Shown: positions 12,118-21,594, counted from the stretch's first letter. The stretch: DNA of 64,000 nt from Acidimicrobiales bacterium (GCA_965208505.1 OZ242339.1:2011162-2075161); one strand, 5' to 3'. Translations and numbers: made by a program. The notes: generated from the letters alone by a model not told the origin.

Positions 12118-12146
12118 GCGAGTATCGCCCGTACAGGGAGTCACCC

Positions 12147-13298
12147 ATGGAGTTCACCCCCGAACAGGAGATGTTGCGGGAATCGGTGCGGGCCTTCGCG
12201 GCCAAAGAGATGCCCGACGGGTTCGCCCGGGAGTGGGACATCAAGGGCGAACCCCCGCTGGACACCTACCAGCGGTTCGCCGACGCCGGATTCATGGGGG
12301 TGGGCATCCCCGAGCAATACGGCGGCCAAGGCGGCGGCATCGTGGAGGTGTCCATCGTCTTGCACGAGCTGAGCCGGGCCATGATGTCATTCGCCATCAT
12401 GGTCTACCGGTCGGCCATCCACGCGTCGGGGGGATTGCAGATCTACGGCACCGGGGAGCAGCGCGAGCGGTTCCTACCCGGCATCGCCAGTGGGCAGTAC
12501 AAGTTCTGCTTCTCCCTCAGCGAGCCCGACGCCGGATCAGACGCCTTCAACCTGAAGTGCCGGGCGGTGCGCAACGGCGATGAGTTCGTGGTGAACGGCA
12601 CCAAGATGTGGAACTCCTTTGCCCGCCACGCCGACTACGTGCTGTTGGCCACCCGCACATCCGATGAGCCGAAAAAACAAGACGGCATCACGTTCTTCGT
12701 GGTCGACCTGTCCAGCCCTGGCATCGAGATCACCCCCATCGAGACCATCGGCGAGCGGGCCAGCGGCACCAACATGGTCACCTACACCGACGTACGAGTC
12801 CCGGCGGCCAACATCCTGGGCGTCGAGGGCCAGGGGCATCGCAACCTTCAGACCAACCTGGAGCGGGAGCGGTTCTCCTCCCTGCCCATCAACTTGGGTC
12901 CGATGGAGGCCATTTTGGAGGAGGCCGTCGATTACGCCAACACCCGGGAGCAATTCGGCCAGGCTATTGGCCGCTTTCAGGCCATACAGCACATGCTGGC
13001 CGACGTGGCGGTGGACGTGAACATCGCCCGCACGCTCACCTGGGACCTGGCCCGGCGCATCGCCGCGGGCGAGCAGTGCGCCCTTGAGGTGTCGATGGCC
13101 AAGCTGTGGATCAGCGAGGCCATGATGCGGGCCAGCTACACCGGAATGCAGGTGATGGGCGGCTACGGCTACACCCTCGACTCCAACATGCAGCTCCACT
13201 GGCGCAACGCCCGCCTCGGCACCATCGGCGCCGGCTCCAGCGAGATCCAGCGCAACATCATCGCCCGCCAAATCGGCCTCGGCCCCAAGCCCTCCTGA
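12147..13298 (+). CDS. acyl-CoA dehydrogenase
   Basis: 383-aa ORF with FCFSLSEPDAGSD and the C-terminal GGYGY...IGAGSSEIQRNIIAR block. Confidence 0.9.
   Translation: MEFTPEQEMLRESVRAFAAKEMPDGFAREWDIKGEPPLDTYQRFADAGFMGVGIPEQYGGQGGGIVEVSIVLHELSRAMMSFAIMVYRSAIHASGGLQIYGTGEQRERFLPGIASGQYKFCFSLSEPDAGSDAFNLKCRAVRNGDEFVVNGTKMWNSFARHADYVLLATRTSDEPKKQDGITFFVVDLSSPGIEITPIETIGERASGTNMVTYTDVRVPAANILGVEGQGHRNLQTNLERERFSSLPINLGPMEAILEEAVDYANTREQFGQAIGRFQAIQHMLADVAVDVNIARTLTWDLARRIAAGEQCALEVSMAKLWISEAMMRASYTGMQVMGGYGYTLDSNMQLHWRNARLGTIGAGSSEIQRNIIARQIGLGPKPS
12960..13284 (+). repeat. copy 1 of 325-bp direct repeat (3' end of acyl-CoA dehydrogenase gene)
   Basis: Aligned by eye to 14126-14450. I count 9 mismatches in 325 bp and no indels. 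Confidence 0.85.
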
Positions 13299-13343
13299 CA
13301 ACCGGAAAGCTGATTGGCCTGTCTACCGCGGTTGACGGGTCGC

Positions 13344-13349
13344 TATAGT
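13344..13349 (+). promoter_or_regulatory. possible -10 hexamer (TATAGT) for a leaderless transcript starting at ATG 13356
   Basis: TATAGT lies 6 nt upstream of the ATG and there is no Shine-Dalgarno. Leaderless mRNAs are common in Actinomycetota. Confidence 0.3.
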
Positions 13350-13355
13350 GGGCAT

Positions 13356-13688
13356 ATGTCCAGGGAGCGCACCGGTGCCGAACGATATTTAGCTGAGCGC
13401 ATGGACGACCCCGAGTACTGCTACCACTTCGAGACTGCCCGGCGCCGAACCGGTCAATTCGACATGATCATCCGCCAGATTGAGCAACGCAGGAACGAGA
13501 TCTGCTGGAGCTATGAGGAAATGGCTGTCCGTGCTGACGTGGGTCCGCAAGACATTCTGCTGATCTACTCGCTGGAGGAACCCGATCCGCCTTTCAGCAC
13601 GGTTGTTGCCCTTGCCGATGCGGTCGGTCTCGAATTGGAAGCTCGTCTTCGGTCAGATGTTTTGCTCGATACTGCTCAGGTCAGCTGA
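13356..13688 (+). CDS. XRE-type HTH antitoxin-like protein (HigA/Gp49-partner class)
   Basis: 110-aa product from ATG 13356. AERYLAERMDDPEYCYHFE followed by an HTH-like segment and ALADAVGLELEARL is typical of antitoxins paired with Gp49/HigB-like toxins. Confidence 0.55.
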   Translation: MSRERTGAERYLAERMDDPEYCYHFETARRRTGQFDMIIRQIEQRRNEICWSYEEMAVRADVGPQDILLIYSLEEPDPPFSTVVALADAVGLELEARLRSDVLLDTAQVS

Positions 13689-13893
13689 TCACTCTTCGAG
13701 ACCTAACGAAATCTGCACGATCGGTCTTAGCCCTAACAGCCTGCAACACGTCCTGGAACTTGGCAGCGACGTCGACGGGCAGGGAACTCAAGAACTCCAT
13801 AGCAGGCACTGCTTCGCCAGGATCGTCACTCCTGTCCCGCTGGAAGAAGTGAATGAGCCAAGGTTCGTGCCTCTGCCCCAGTCGAGTAGCCAT
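13681..13893 (-). pseudogene. truncated Gp49/HigB-like (RelE/ParE superfamily) toxin fragment
   Basis: 70-aa ORF. WLIHFFQRD...AVPAMEFLSSLPVDVAAKFQDVLQAV matches only the N-terminal half of DUF891/Gp49-type toxins. It is convergent with the HTH gene and overlaps it. Confidence 0.45.
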
Positions 13894-14017
13894 CAGCTTT
13901 CGTCAATCTCATATCTACTTATATAGCTAGACATATATCAGAAATAGACGAAAAATCAGAAAACCGGCGCCGCTGAGAACGAGAGATGCCGCGAATGGGG
14001 TAGGTAGTGTCACAGCC

Positions 14018-14464
14018 GTGAGCAGACACTCGGTGCTGGCAGAGTTAGCCCGACGGGAACCGGATGACCTGGCGTTGGAGGACGACTCCCACCGGGTAAC
14101 TTGGGCCGAGCTGGACCGGCGCACCCAGGCCATCGGCCGATTCCAGGCCATCCAGCACATGCTGGCCGACGTGGCGGTGGACGTGAACATTGCCCGCACG
14201 CTCACCTGGGACCTGGCCCGGCGCATCGCCGCGGGCGAGCAGTGCGCCCTTGAGGTGTCGATGGCCAAGCTGTGGATCAGCGAGGCCATGATGCGGGCCA
14301 GCTACACCGGGATGCAGGTGATGGGCGGATACGGCTACACCCTCGACTCCAACATGCAGCTCCACTGGCGCAACGCCCGCCTCGGCACCATTGGCGCCGG
14401 CTCCAGCGAGATCCAGCGCAACATCATCGCCCGCCAAATCGGCCTCGGCCGCGAGCCAACTTGA
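14018..14464 (+). pseudogene. chimeric ORF: acyl-CoA ligase 5' fragment fused to acyl-CoA dehydrogenase 3' fragment
   Basis: Residues 1-36 are paralogous to the N-terminus of the ligase at 16318 (VSKPSKLSELARRDHDDLALEDDFHQITWAELDRRTH). From QAIGR onward the protein is identical to the C-terminus of the ACAD at 12147-13298, apart from the last 4 residues. Confidence 0.75.
14126..14450 (+). repeat. copy 2 of 325-bp direct repeat
   Basis: See 12960-13284. Confidence 0.85.
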
Positions 14465-14465
14465 G

Positions 14466-15746
14466 CTATTGGCCGTGGTCTTGGCTGTTTACCGCGAAGG
14501 ACTGCCAGGGGGGCACCCGGTGGAATGACCCGTCTTGCATCACGGCGACGATTCGCGCGCTGTCCTGAAGGATTGAGATATCGACAGTCGGGTCCCCATC
14601 AATGAGCAGCAGGTCGGCTAGTCGGAGCTCCTCGATGGTGCCGACATCGAAACCGACCATCTCGCCGGCGGTCTTCGTTGCAGCCACCAGCACTTCGACC
14701 GGCGTGTAGCCGAAGAGATCGACGAAGAGCTGGAGATCGCGCGCGTTGCGTCCGACAGGGTTGTACGGGAAGCCGTAGTCGCCCCCAGGGACGACGCGGA
14801 TGCCGCGGCGCTTCATCTCGGGGTAGATCCGCTCCATGGACTCGAGACCAGAGACCGCACCCATCCGCTCTGCGGTCTCACGGTCGATGCCGAATTCCTC
14901 GGCCTCGTGGATGCGGGAATAGAGCAGCCCCGGTGCCGGCGCCACGAACAGCTCATCTCGATGCTCCTCGAGCATGTCGAGCGCCTCCTCGTCGGCGAGG
15001 GTGCAGTGGTAGATGCACCGAAAGCCGGCCCGCACGGCCCGCTTTACCGCCTCGGCAGCCTGGGCGTGGCAGGCCAACCACATGCCCGCCTCGCGAGCAG
15101 CCACGCCCACCGCCTGGGCTTCTTCCTCGGAGTACATCAACACGTTGGCGCCGCCAGGGCTGAACCCTTCGTCGCTGGACATGAGCAGTTTGATGGTGTC
15201 GACGCCGAGGTCGGCCATGTCGCGTACGTACTGCTGAAGACCCGGAATGCTGCGGTCGTGGGTCGGATCGTGCCCCTCGGGCACGCCCATGATCCCTTCT
15301 ACGCCTTTTTCCATTGCCGAGGCGCGCAGTCGCGGCCCAGGCAGGCGGCCGTCGTCGATGTGGTCACGTAGGGCTACCTCCATCCGCTCACCGAGCGACC
15401 CGGCTGAGTAAGCGCTGGTGAAGCCGGCTTCGAGGGTGATGCGTGCGTTCACCGCGGTGGTGAGGATGTGCTCCTCGATCGGGAGTGCCATTGCGTTGAC
15501 GATCTGCTCGATCGATGACGGCCAGGTGAGGTGAGCGTGCCCCTCGACCATACCGGGCATGAGGGTGCCGCCACGACCGTCGATGGCCTTGGCCTCGGGA
15601 GCGTCGATCGTCTCACTCCCGACGACAACTTGATGGATGCGATTGCCACGCACCAAGACGGAACCCGGGAAGCGCTCAGCTCCGGTGCCGTCGAAGATCT
15701 GCACGTTCTCGAAGAGGACGGCACCACCGCCGTGCCGTCCGATCAT
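14466..15746 (-). CDS. amidohydrolase family (metal-dependent hydrolase) protein
   Basis: 426-aa ORF with GMVEGHAHLTW (HxH metal motif) and imidazolonepropionase/prolidase-like length. Confidence 0.8.
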   Translation of the reverse strand: MIGRHGGGAVLFENVQIFDGTGAERFPGSVLVRGNRIHQVVVGSETIDAPEAKAIDGRGGTLMPGMVEGHAHLTWPSSIEQIVNAMALPIEEHILTTAVNARITLEAGFTSAYSAGSLGERMEVALRDHIDDGRLPGPRLRASAMEKGVEGIMGVPEGHDPTHDRSIPGLQQYVRDMADLGVDTIKLLMSSDEGFSPGGANVLMYSEEEAQAVGVAAREAGMWLACHAQAAEAVKRAVRAGFRCIYHCTLADEEALDMLEEHRDELFVAPAPGLLYSRIHEAEEFGIDRETAERMGAVSGLESMERIYPEMKRRGIRVVPGGDYGFPYNPVGRNARDLQLFVDLFGYTPVEVLVAATKTAGEMVGFDVGTIEELRLADLLLIDGDPTVDISILQDSARIVAVMQDGSFHRVPPWQSFAVNSQDHGQ

Positions 15747-16168
15747 TTCGCATCTCCCGTGTCAGCGACAAGATCCACCGAGGTGATCCCGACGATGGCA
15801 CAGATGTCGTCTTCGTCGGACGTTCCTCCGCTGATGCCTATGGACCCGAGGAGAGTCCCTTCGTCTTCGCGGATGAGCACCCCGCCAGCGACCGGGACAA
15901 TCCCGTGGGGCAGAAGCGGAGCAAGGGAGGTGAAGAACTTCGGCACGGCATCAGCTCGCCGGGCTAGCTCGCGGCCGCCGAAGCCCATGGCGAGACAGCC
16001 GTGGGCCTTGCCCATGGCGATCTCAAACCGGCCGATGCCAGACCGCTCGTCGCGCTTGACCACCAGTATGTGCCCGCCCGCGTCGAGCACTACAACCGTC
16101 ATCGGTGGGAAGCCACGCTCGGCCGCAGCGGCCAGCGCGGCGTCAACAATACGGTTGGCAACCGCCAT
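15743..16168 (-). CDS. GlcG/HbpS-like haem-binding protein (DUF336)
   Basis: Start chosen at MAVANRIVDAA, inside the longer 16294 ORF. GGHILVVKRDE...GGVLI...GSIGISGGTSDEDD is typical of the family. Confidence 0.75.
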   Translation of the reverse strand: MAVANRIVDAALAAAAERGFPPMTVVVLDAGGHILVVKRDERSGIGRFEIAMGKAHGCLAMGFGGRELARRADAVPKFFTSLAPLLPHGIVPVAGGVLIREDEGTLLGSIGISGGTSDEDDICAIVGITSVDLVADTGDAK

Positions 16169-16284
16169 AGACAGGGCGCCGCTCACACCGGCCCCGAAAT
16201 CTCGTCGTGCGCCTCGGAAATCCAGTCCGCGATGAGGAACATAGTAGCTGCCTAATGAGATACCAGACACCCCGGTGAACGAGT

Positions 16285-17808
16285 GTGGCGGCAAACGGGA
16301 TCAGTATTGTCGATGCGGTGAGCAAACCCTCGAAGCTGTCGGAGTTGGCCCGGCGAGACCATGATGATCTGGCGCTGGAGGACGACTTCCACCAGATAAC
16401 CTGGGCTGAGCTGGATCGCCGTACCCATGCCATCGGGCGAGGGCTGATGGCCGCCGGGGCCTCACCAGGGGATCACGTGGGGCTGGTGTGCTCCAATCGC
16501 ACCGAGTTCGTGGAGGTCATGTTGGCCTGCTTCCGGGCCGGGCTGAAGATGACCCCAATCAAGACCAACTGGACGGCTACCGAGATCGCCTATGTGCTGG
16601 ACGACGCCGGTTCAGCCCTAGTGGCAACCGACTTGCCCGCAGCCCGGGACGCGGCGGGAGACCGGCCAGTGGTATGGATTGGCGACGATTTCAACGCCTG
16701 GGTGGATGCCCAGTATCCGAAGCCCTTCCCAGCGGGGGGCACCGGCTATCGCATTCCCTACACCTCGGGTACTACCGGTCGGCCTAAGGGAGTCGAGCGC
16801 ACACTGGACTCGGAATCTACCTTCGAGCAGTGGTGGGAGTTCTCGGCTCTGGGCGCCCAGGGCTTGGGCCTCCCCCGCGACGGCAAGCACCTCATGGTGG
16901 CCCAGCTTTTCCACGGCGCTCCCCTGGCGTTTGCCCTGGGTGCACTGGCCAACGGCGCCCCCATGCGGATCATGGGTCGGTGGGACGCCGATCGGGCGGT
17001 GGACGTCATCAACGATGGGGTGACCGCCTTCATCATGGTGCCCACCATGTTCCGCCATCTCTTGGCCTTGTCCAACGAGCGCAAGGCCGAGCTGGATCAC
17101 TCCTGTCTGGCCACTGTCCTGCACGGCGGCGAACCCTGCCCGGTGCCCTTAAAGCACCGCATGATCGACTGGTGGGGCCCGATCTTCACCGAGTACTACG
17201 GATTCACCGAGGGTGGAATGACAATGTGCAGTTCCACCGAGTGGCTGGCCCGACCCGGCACCGTGGGCACCCCCATTGGCGAGTTGGCTATCCAGATCGT
17301 GGGTGACGATGGTGAACTGCTGGGCCCCGGCGAACCCGGCACGGTGTACTTCCGCCGACCAGAGGGGCGCTACTTCCGCTACATCAACGCCGACGACAAG
17401 ACCGAAGACGCCTACAACGACTCCGGGTTCTTCTCGGTGGGCGACATCGGCTACCTCGATGAGGACGGCTATCTGTACCTTTCAGGCCGCAGCTCCGAGG
17501 TGATCGTGGCCGCCGGGGTGAACATCTACCCCGCCGAAATCGAAGACGTGGTGTTCGCGGTGGACGGGGTGGCCGACGCCTGCGCGGTGGGCGGGCCCGA
17601 CCCCGACCGGGGCGAGCAGGTGGTGGTGTATCTGGCCGTGGCTGACGGCTTCGCCGACGACGACGTAATCGCGGCCATCAACGCTGCCTGCGCCGAACAC
17701 CTGGCCGGCTACAAGCGCCCCCGCCGCTACATCATCCGACCCGCCGTCGACCGCGACCCCACAGGAAAAGTCCTCCGCACCAAACTCCGCGGCGAACTCT
17801 GGGACTAG
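16285..17808 (+). CDS. AMP-dependent acyl-CoA synthetase/ligase
   Basis: 507-aa ORF with AMP-binding motif YTSGTTGRPKGV and C-terminal GKVLR. The true start may be GTG 16318. Confidence 0.85.
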   Translation: MAANGISIVDAVSKPSKLSELARRDHDDLALEDDFHQITWAELDRRTHAIGRGLMAAGASPGDHVGLVCSNRTEFVEVMLACFRAGLKMTPIKTNWTATEIAYVLDDAGSALVATDLPAARDAAGDRPVVWIGDDFNAWVDAQYPKPFPAGGTGYRIPYTSGTTGRPKGVERTLDSESTFEQWWEFSALGAQGLGLPRDGKHLMVAQLFHGAPLAFALGALANGAPMRIMGRWDADRAVDVINDGVTAFIMVPTMFRHLLALSNERKAELDHSCLATVLHGGEPCPVPLKHRMIDWWGPIFTEYYGFTEGGMTMCSSTEWLARPGTVGTPIGELAIQIVGDDGELLGPGEPGTVYFRRPEGRYFRYINADDKTEDAYNDSGFFSVGDIGYLDEDGYLYLSGRSSEVIVAAGVNIYPAEIEDVVFAVDGVADACAVGGPDPDRGEQVVVYLAVADGFADDDVIAAINAACAEHLAGYKRPRRYIIRPAVDRDPTGKVLRTKLRGELWD

Positions 17809-17844
17809 GGCGCTGCCTTCATCAGCGTCTTGATCATCAGGTAG

Positions 17845-18720
17845 TCACGGTCCGGTCGGCGATCCTGGCTGCCAGGGATGGAAGACATCGAAGCCGGGGG
17901 CGTACGTCGCGAGCTTTTGGTCGGGGTTTCGATTGACGAGTGTCCTTCCACGCAAAGGATGGTGAAGGCTGCGAACCTCGTGCTCGACCTCGAAGAGGGG
18001 TTCACCCGAGTCGGGGTCGACAATCAATTGGAAGCGGTACTCGCTCTTCTGGATATCCTCAATTATCAGGCTCCGGTCGGCCAACCAGCCATAGGGGTGC
18101 GAGAAGTCGGACACGTAGATGGCGATGTGGTGTCCGTCGTAGTCGGCAATAGTTTCGTCGGTCTCCACGAAGCACAGCGACTGATTGGGACCAACCCGCA
18201 CCTTGCTTGAGTCTTCGGCCATCGCGACATGCGCCCCCATGACTCGCTCGTAGAATCGCCCGATCCCGGCGGCCGAGCCCCGCGGTACCGAGAACTCGAT
18301 TCCACACATCCCTAGCTGCATCCGTTGGGTCGCTGTGGCCCCATAACAGCGGAATCGATTTCCCCAAGGCCCCACGACCTCGAGGCTCGTTCCTGTGGGG
18401 CAAACCTCGAATTCGGTGTCAACCAGTCGGGGCGTCATGGCCTCGAGCCGAGCCTGCATCGTGGCGAGGCTGGGGACCACGACCTCGATCACACCCCGAA
18501 GCACCTGGGGTTCGCCGACTGGAAGATGGAACTGCTGCTCGCCCAGGTTTATCCACATCAGGTCCGGACCCAGGTCGATATAGGGGTCCCGAGTAAAGCC
18601 GAGAGCGTGGACGTAAAAGAGGGCGGCCATTTCGATGTCCGGAACCTTGACGTTCATATGTTCGAGCAGCACGACGTTGCCGATGTCCTGGAGGCTACGA
18701 TCGTGGAGAGGCTTGCTCAT
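17845..18720 (-). CDS. hypothetical protein, possibly VOC (glyoxalase/dioxygenase) superfamily
   Basis: 291-aa ORF. LLEHMNVKVPDIEMAALFYVHALGF resembles a VOC beta-alpha-beta module. Its start overlaps the stop of the upstream pseudogene (ATGA). Confidence 0.4.
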   Translation of the reverse strand: MSKPLHDRSLQDIGNVVLLEHMNVKVPDIEMAALFYVHALGFTRDPYIDLGPDLMWINLGEQQFHLPVGEPQVLRGVIEVVVPSLATMQARLEAMTPRLVDTEFEVCPTGTSLEVVGPWGNRFRCYGATATQRMQLGMCGIEFSVPRGSAAGIGRFYERVMGAHVAMAEDSSKVRVGPNQSLCFVETDETIADYDGHHIAIYVSDFSHPYGWLADRSLIIEDIQKSEYRFQLIVDPDSGEPLFEVEHEVRSLHHPLRGRTLVNRNPDQKLATYAPGFDVFHPWQPGSPTGP

Positions 18721-19485
18721 GAGTTGCTCCTTTGCGATTTTTCCCGCCAGCGCTCTCCGAACGTCTCGAAGTAGTGCAGCGAGTTGGGGTCCTGGAGAGC
18801 GCTGGCCGACGCGACCTGAGATGCGGCTGCACCCAGCAAGATTCGCTTCACGGGGACCTCGAGCTTCTTGCCCGAGATGGTGCGCGGGATGATAGGCGAT
18901 GCACCACTAGCGAGTCGTCGACCATGTCGTGTTCCTCGATAACCGAGTAGAAGTCTGCCGTGCCGAGTCGCACTCCGCCCCGATTGACGCGGTTGCGAGA
19001 AAGGCGACGAGGGTCTCGGGAATGTTCGGCAGCAGCGCGACCACGCGATCTCCAGGTCCAACGCCGAGCCGTCGCAGGCCGGCGGCTGCTCTGCGGACCT
19101 CCTCGCGCAACTCGCCCAAGCTGAGTTCTTGGACAGGGCGCGTCTGGGACCTCCCGACTGCGGCAACATCGGTGTCACTGAGCCCGTTTCCGCGCAATAT
19201 ATGCTCCGCGTAGTTCAGAGTCGCGCCGTCGAACCACGTGGTGTTGGGCATAGGGCTGCCGCTGATAACCGACCGGGGCACCTGCGTCGCATCGATCTCG
19301 AGGTAATCCCAGACTGAGGCCCAGAAGTCACCGGGTTCTTCAACCGACCACCGCCATAGGGCCTCGTAGTCGCCCAATGCCGCCGGTTGGTAGCGCTCAG
19401 CGAACTGCCCCATGCGGGAATCCGCCCACGCATCAGGTAGCGGACGCCACACCACGTCGTCAGCGATCGCGGGCGTCTGGCTCAT
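18717..19485 (-). pseudogene. acetoacetyl-CoA synthetase remnant with internal deletions
   Basis: About 170 N-terminal residues are in frame up to ATASIGA. A short ADFYSVIEEHDMVDDSLVV piece follows in a second frame, and the C-terminal PIIPRTISGKKLEVPVKRILLG tail in a third. The AMP-binding core is absent. Confidence 0.75.
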
Positions 19486-19518
19486 GGGCCAAAAGCAGGG
19501 ATGCGCACGCCAGTCGCT

Positions 19519-20565
19519 TCAGTCCAGGCTGTTGTCGATGAGGACCTTCATCGCCCCATCGATCCGCCTATCGGTCACTTCTAGAGCCTTGCCGAACTCG
19601 TCGAGGGGATACCGATGGGTGATGATCTCCCCGGCTCGAATCCGCCCGTCGGCAATGAAGTCCAGGGTCGCCTGCATCTCACCGGCCACGGCACGGCTCC
19701 CCACCAATTCCAGCTCGTCGAGAACGAGCGGAGCCAGTGAGAGCGACACGTCTTCGATGGGAATCCCTACCGCGGCACATCGTCCACCTCGGCCGAGCAT
19801 CGACAGAGCCAGCGCAATTGTCTGGGGCGTGCCCGCTGCGTCCAAAACGACATCAGCGCCATGCGGTGCAAGCTCGCGAAACCGATCGAGACCATCTGGC
19901 GAGGACGTGTCGAAACCCTCGAACCCGAATTTCTCTACGACACTGAGTCGCGCACCGCGCCCTGCGACGATGACCTTGCTCGCGCCCAGCGCTCTGGCCG
20001 CATCTGCTGCGAGAATGCCCACTGGCCCTGCGCCGACGACCGCAACGGTCTGTCCCGTTTCGACGCCGCCCCGATGAGCGCAATGCAAGCCGATGGACGC
20101 CGGATCCGTCACCGCGCCGAGGTCGTAGCTCATAGCATCGGGCAATTTGAACACACTCCGGATCGAGTGAACGACGTAGTCGGCATAGGCGCCCTGCGCC
20201 GTGTGGCCATAGTGGCTATGGACTTGCGATTGCCCGTAGTTGAGGCAGAGGTTGTAGCGACCTTCAATGCACTTTGGACAGTGCATGCAGCCAGCATGGG
20301 ACGAACCGGCTACGCGGTCACCAACGGCCCAGCCAAACTCATCCGCACCTTGACCCAGCTCGACAACCTGACCGGACCATTCGTGCCCTGGGATGAACGG
20401 ATAGTAGGCGGGCCAATTGTCGTAATGGCCCTGCACCATATGGACGTCAGTGCCGCAGATCCCGATTCGTTCGACTCGACAAAGCACTTCGAGCGGGCCA
20501 GGTTGCGGATCGGGCACCTCTGCGACCCCGAAATCGTTGGGTGCGCTAAGGACGAGCGCCTTCAT
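19519..20565 (-). CDS. zinc-dependent alcohol dehydrogenase family (MDR) protein
   Basis: 348-aa ORF with the GHEWSG catalytic-zinc motif, a structural-zinc Cys cluster CMHCPKCIEGRYNLC and VVGAGPVG. Confidence 0.85.
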   Translation of the reverse strand: MKALVLSAPNDFGVAEVPDPQPGPLEVLCRVERIGICGTDVHMVQGHYDNWPAYYPFIPGHEWSGQVVELGQGADEFGWAVGDRVAGSSHAGCMHCPKCIEGRYNLCLNYGQSQVHSHYGHTAQGAYADYVVHSIRSVFKLPDAMSYDLGAVTDPASIGLHCAHRGGVETGQTVAVVGAGPVGILAADAARALGASKVIVAGRGARLSVVEKFGFEGFDTSSPDGLDRFRELAPHGADVVLDAAGTPQTIALALSMLGRGGRCAAVGIPIEDVSLSLAPLVLDELELVGSRAVAGEMQATLDFIADGRIRAGEIITHRYPLDEFGKALEVTDRRIDGAMKVLIDNSLD

Positions 20566-20577
20566 GCGTTCTCCTTT

Positions 20578-21483
20578 CTAAATGATCGCGACCGGATCGA
20601 GCATCGATCCGGTTCCGCCCTCGATCTTCGTTGGGAGGGCAATGAAGAGGAATTCGTAGACGCCCTCGCGTGCAATCTCCTCGAGGTAGATCGACTCAAA
20701 GAGATAGATGCCTTCCTCGATGAGCAGAAGAGTATGGACCGGCTGCGGGTTGGCAGGCGAGCCAGGATCCGGCGCCGGTTGGACTTCGTAGGTCTCGGTA
20801 TCGGTGCCGGTTGCGACGACGCCTGCTTCGAGTAGCCATCTGGCAGCGGAGATGTCTGGGCCAGCGGTCCGATGTCGAGCCAGGGCCTCTGGGTCAGGCC
20901 ATTTCGAAAGGTAGCCGGTACGGATCATCACTATGTCGCCGGGGCGCACCTCGGTCCTCTGGCGACGCTCGACAGCCTGAAGCTCGTCGGCGTAAATCGG
21001 TTCACCCGCGGGCAGAGCGTCGACACCGCGATAGCCCGGCACGTCCAAGAGAACGCCCCGAGTGACGAAGTGGGGCAACTTGCTTGCGTCGCCGATCTTG
21101 GGGCCCCTGTCCCCTAAGTGTTCGTGGGCGGAGACACCCGCGTACCAGTGGTCGTCGGGCCCTATCGTCATGTGGGCGAGGGCATCGACGTGTGCGCCAG
21201 AGTGCGAAGTGCCGCTGGTTACCTCTGCCATATAACCGAGATTGACCTCGTTTACCGGCCCCCAGGGCTCCTCCCCGTCACCGCGCAGCCCCAGCGGCGT
21301 GCGATACATCGACACTTGGAACGGTGGATGCGAAGCAAAAAGCGGCATGCCATGAAACCGCGGCAGCGCTAGTGAGAAGACCCGTCCTTGCTGTGGGATT
21401 CGCAATGCGTCGAGCAGTGCGTCATTCGTTTGAAACGCCGCAGGCCCGCGTTCTGTGTCGCGTTGAGGGAATTCGTGGTCCAT
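20578..21483 (-). CDS. cyclase family protein (kynurenine formamidase-like)
   Basis: 301-aa ORF. HSGAHVDALAHM matches the HxGTHxDxPxH-type cyclase motif. Confidence 0.8.
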   Translation of the reverse strand: MDHEFPQRDTERGPAAFQTNDALLDALRIPQQGRVFSLALPRFHGMPLFASHPPFQVSMYRTPLGLRGDGEEPWGPVNEVNLGYMAEVTSGTSHSGAHVDALAHMTIGPDDHWYAGVSAHEHLGDRGPKIGDASKLPHFVTRGVLLDVPGYRGVDALPAGEPIYADELQAVERRQRTEVRPGDIVMIRTGYLSKWPDPEALARHRTAGPDISAARWLLEAGVVATGTDTETYEVQPAPDPGSPANPQPVHTLLLIEEGIYLFESIYLEEIAREGVYEFLFIALPTKIEGGTGSMLDPVAII

Positions 21484-21512
21484 TCGTCTTGCCTTATGTG
21501 GTCGAGGGAGAC

Positions 21513-21569
21513 CCGTCGGAACGGGCGGCAGAGGCGCGGAGGGGCGCGCCCCGCCGCCTGTTCCGACGG
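21513..21569 (-). terminator. compound GC-rich hairpin downstream of the ABC binding-protein gene
   Basis: Perfect 10-bp outer stem (ccgtcggaac / gttccgacgg) encloses an inner ggcggc..ggcgcg / cgcgcc..gccgcc stem. No U-tract. Confidence 0.4.
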
Positions 21570-21594
21570 CGGGTGGTTTGCTACAGGAGGACCA

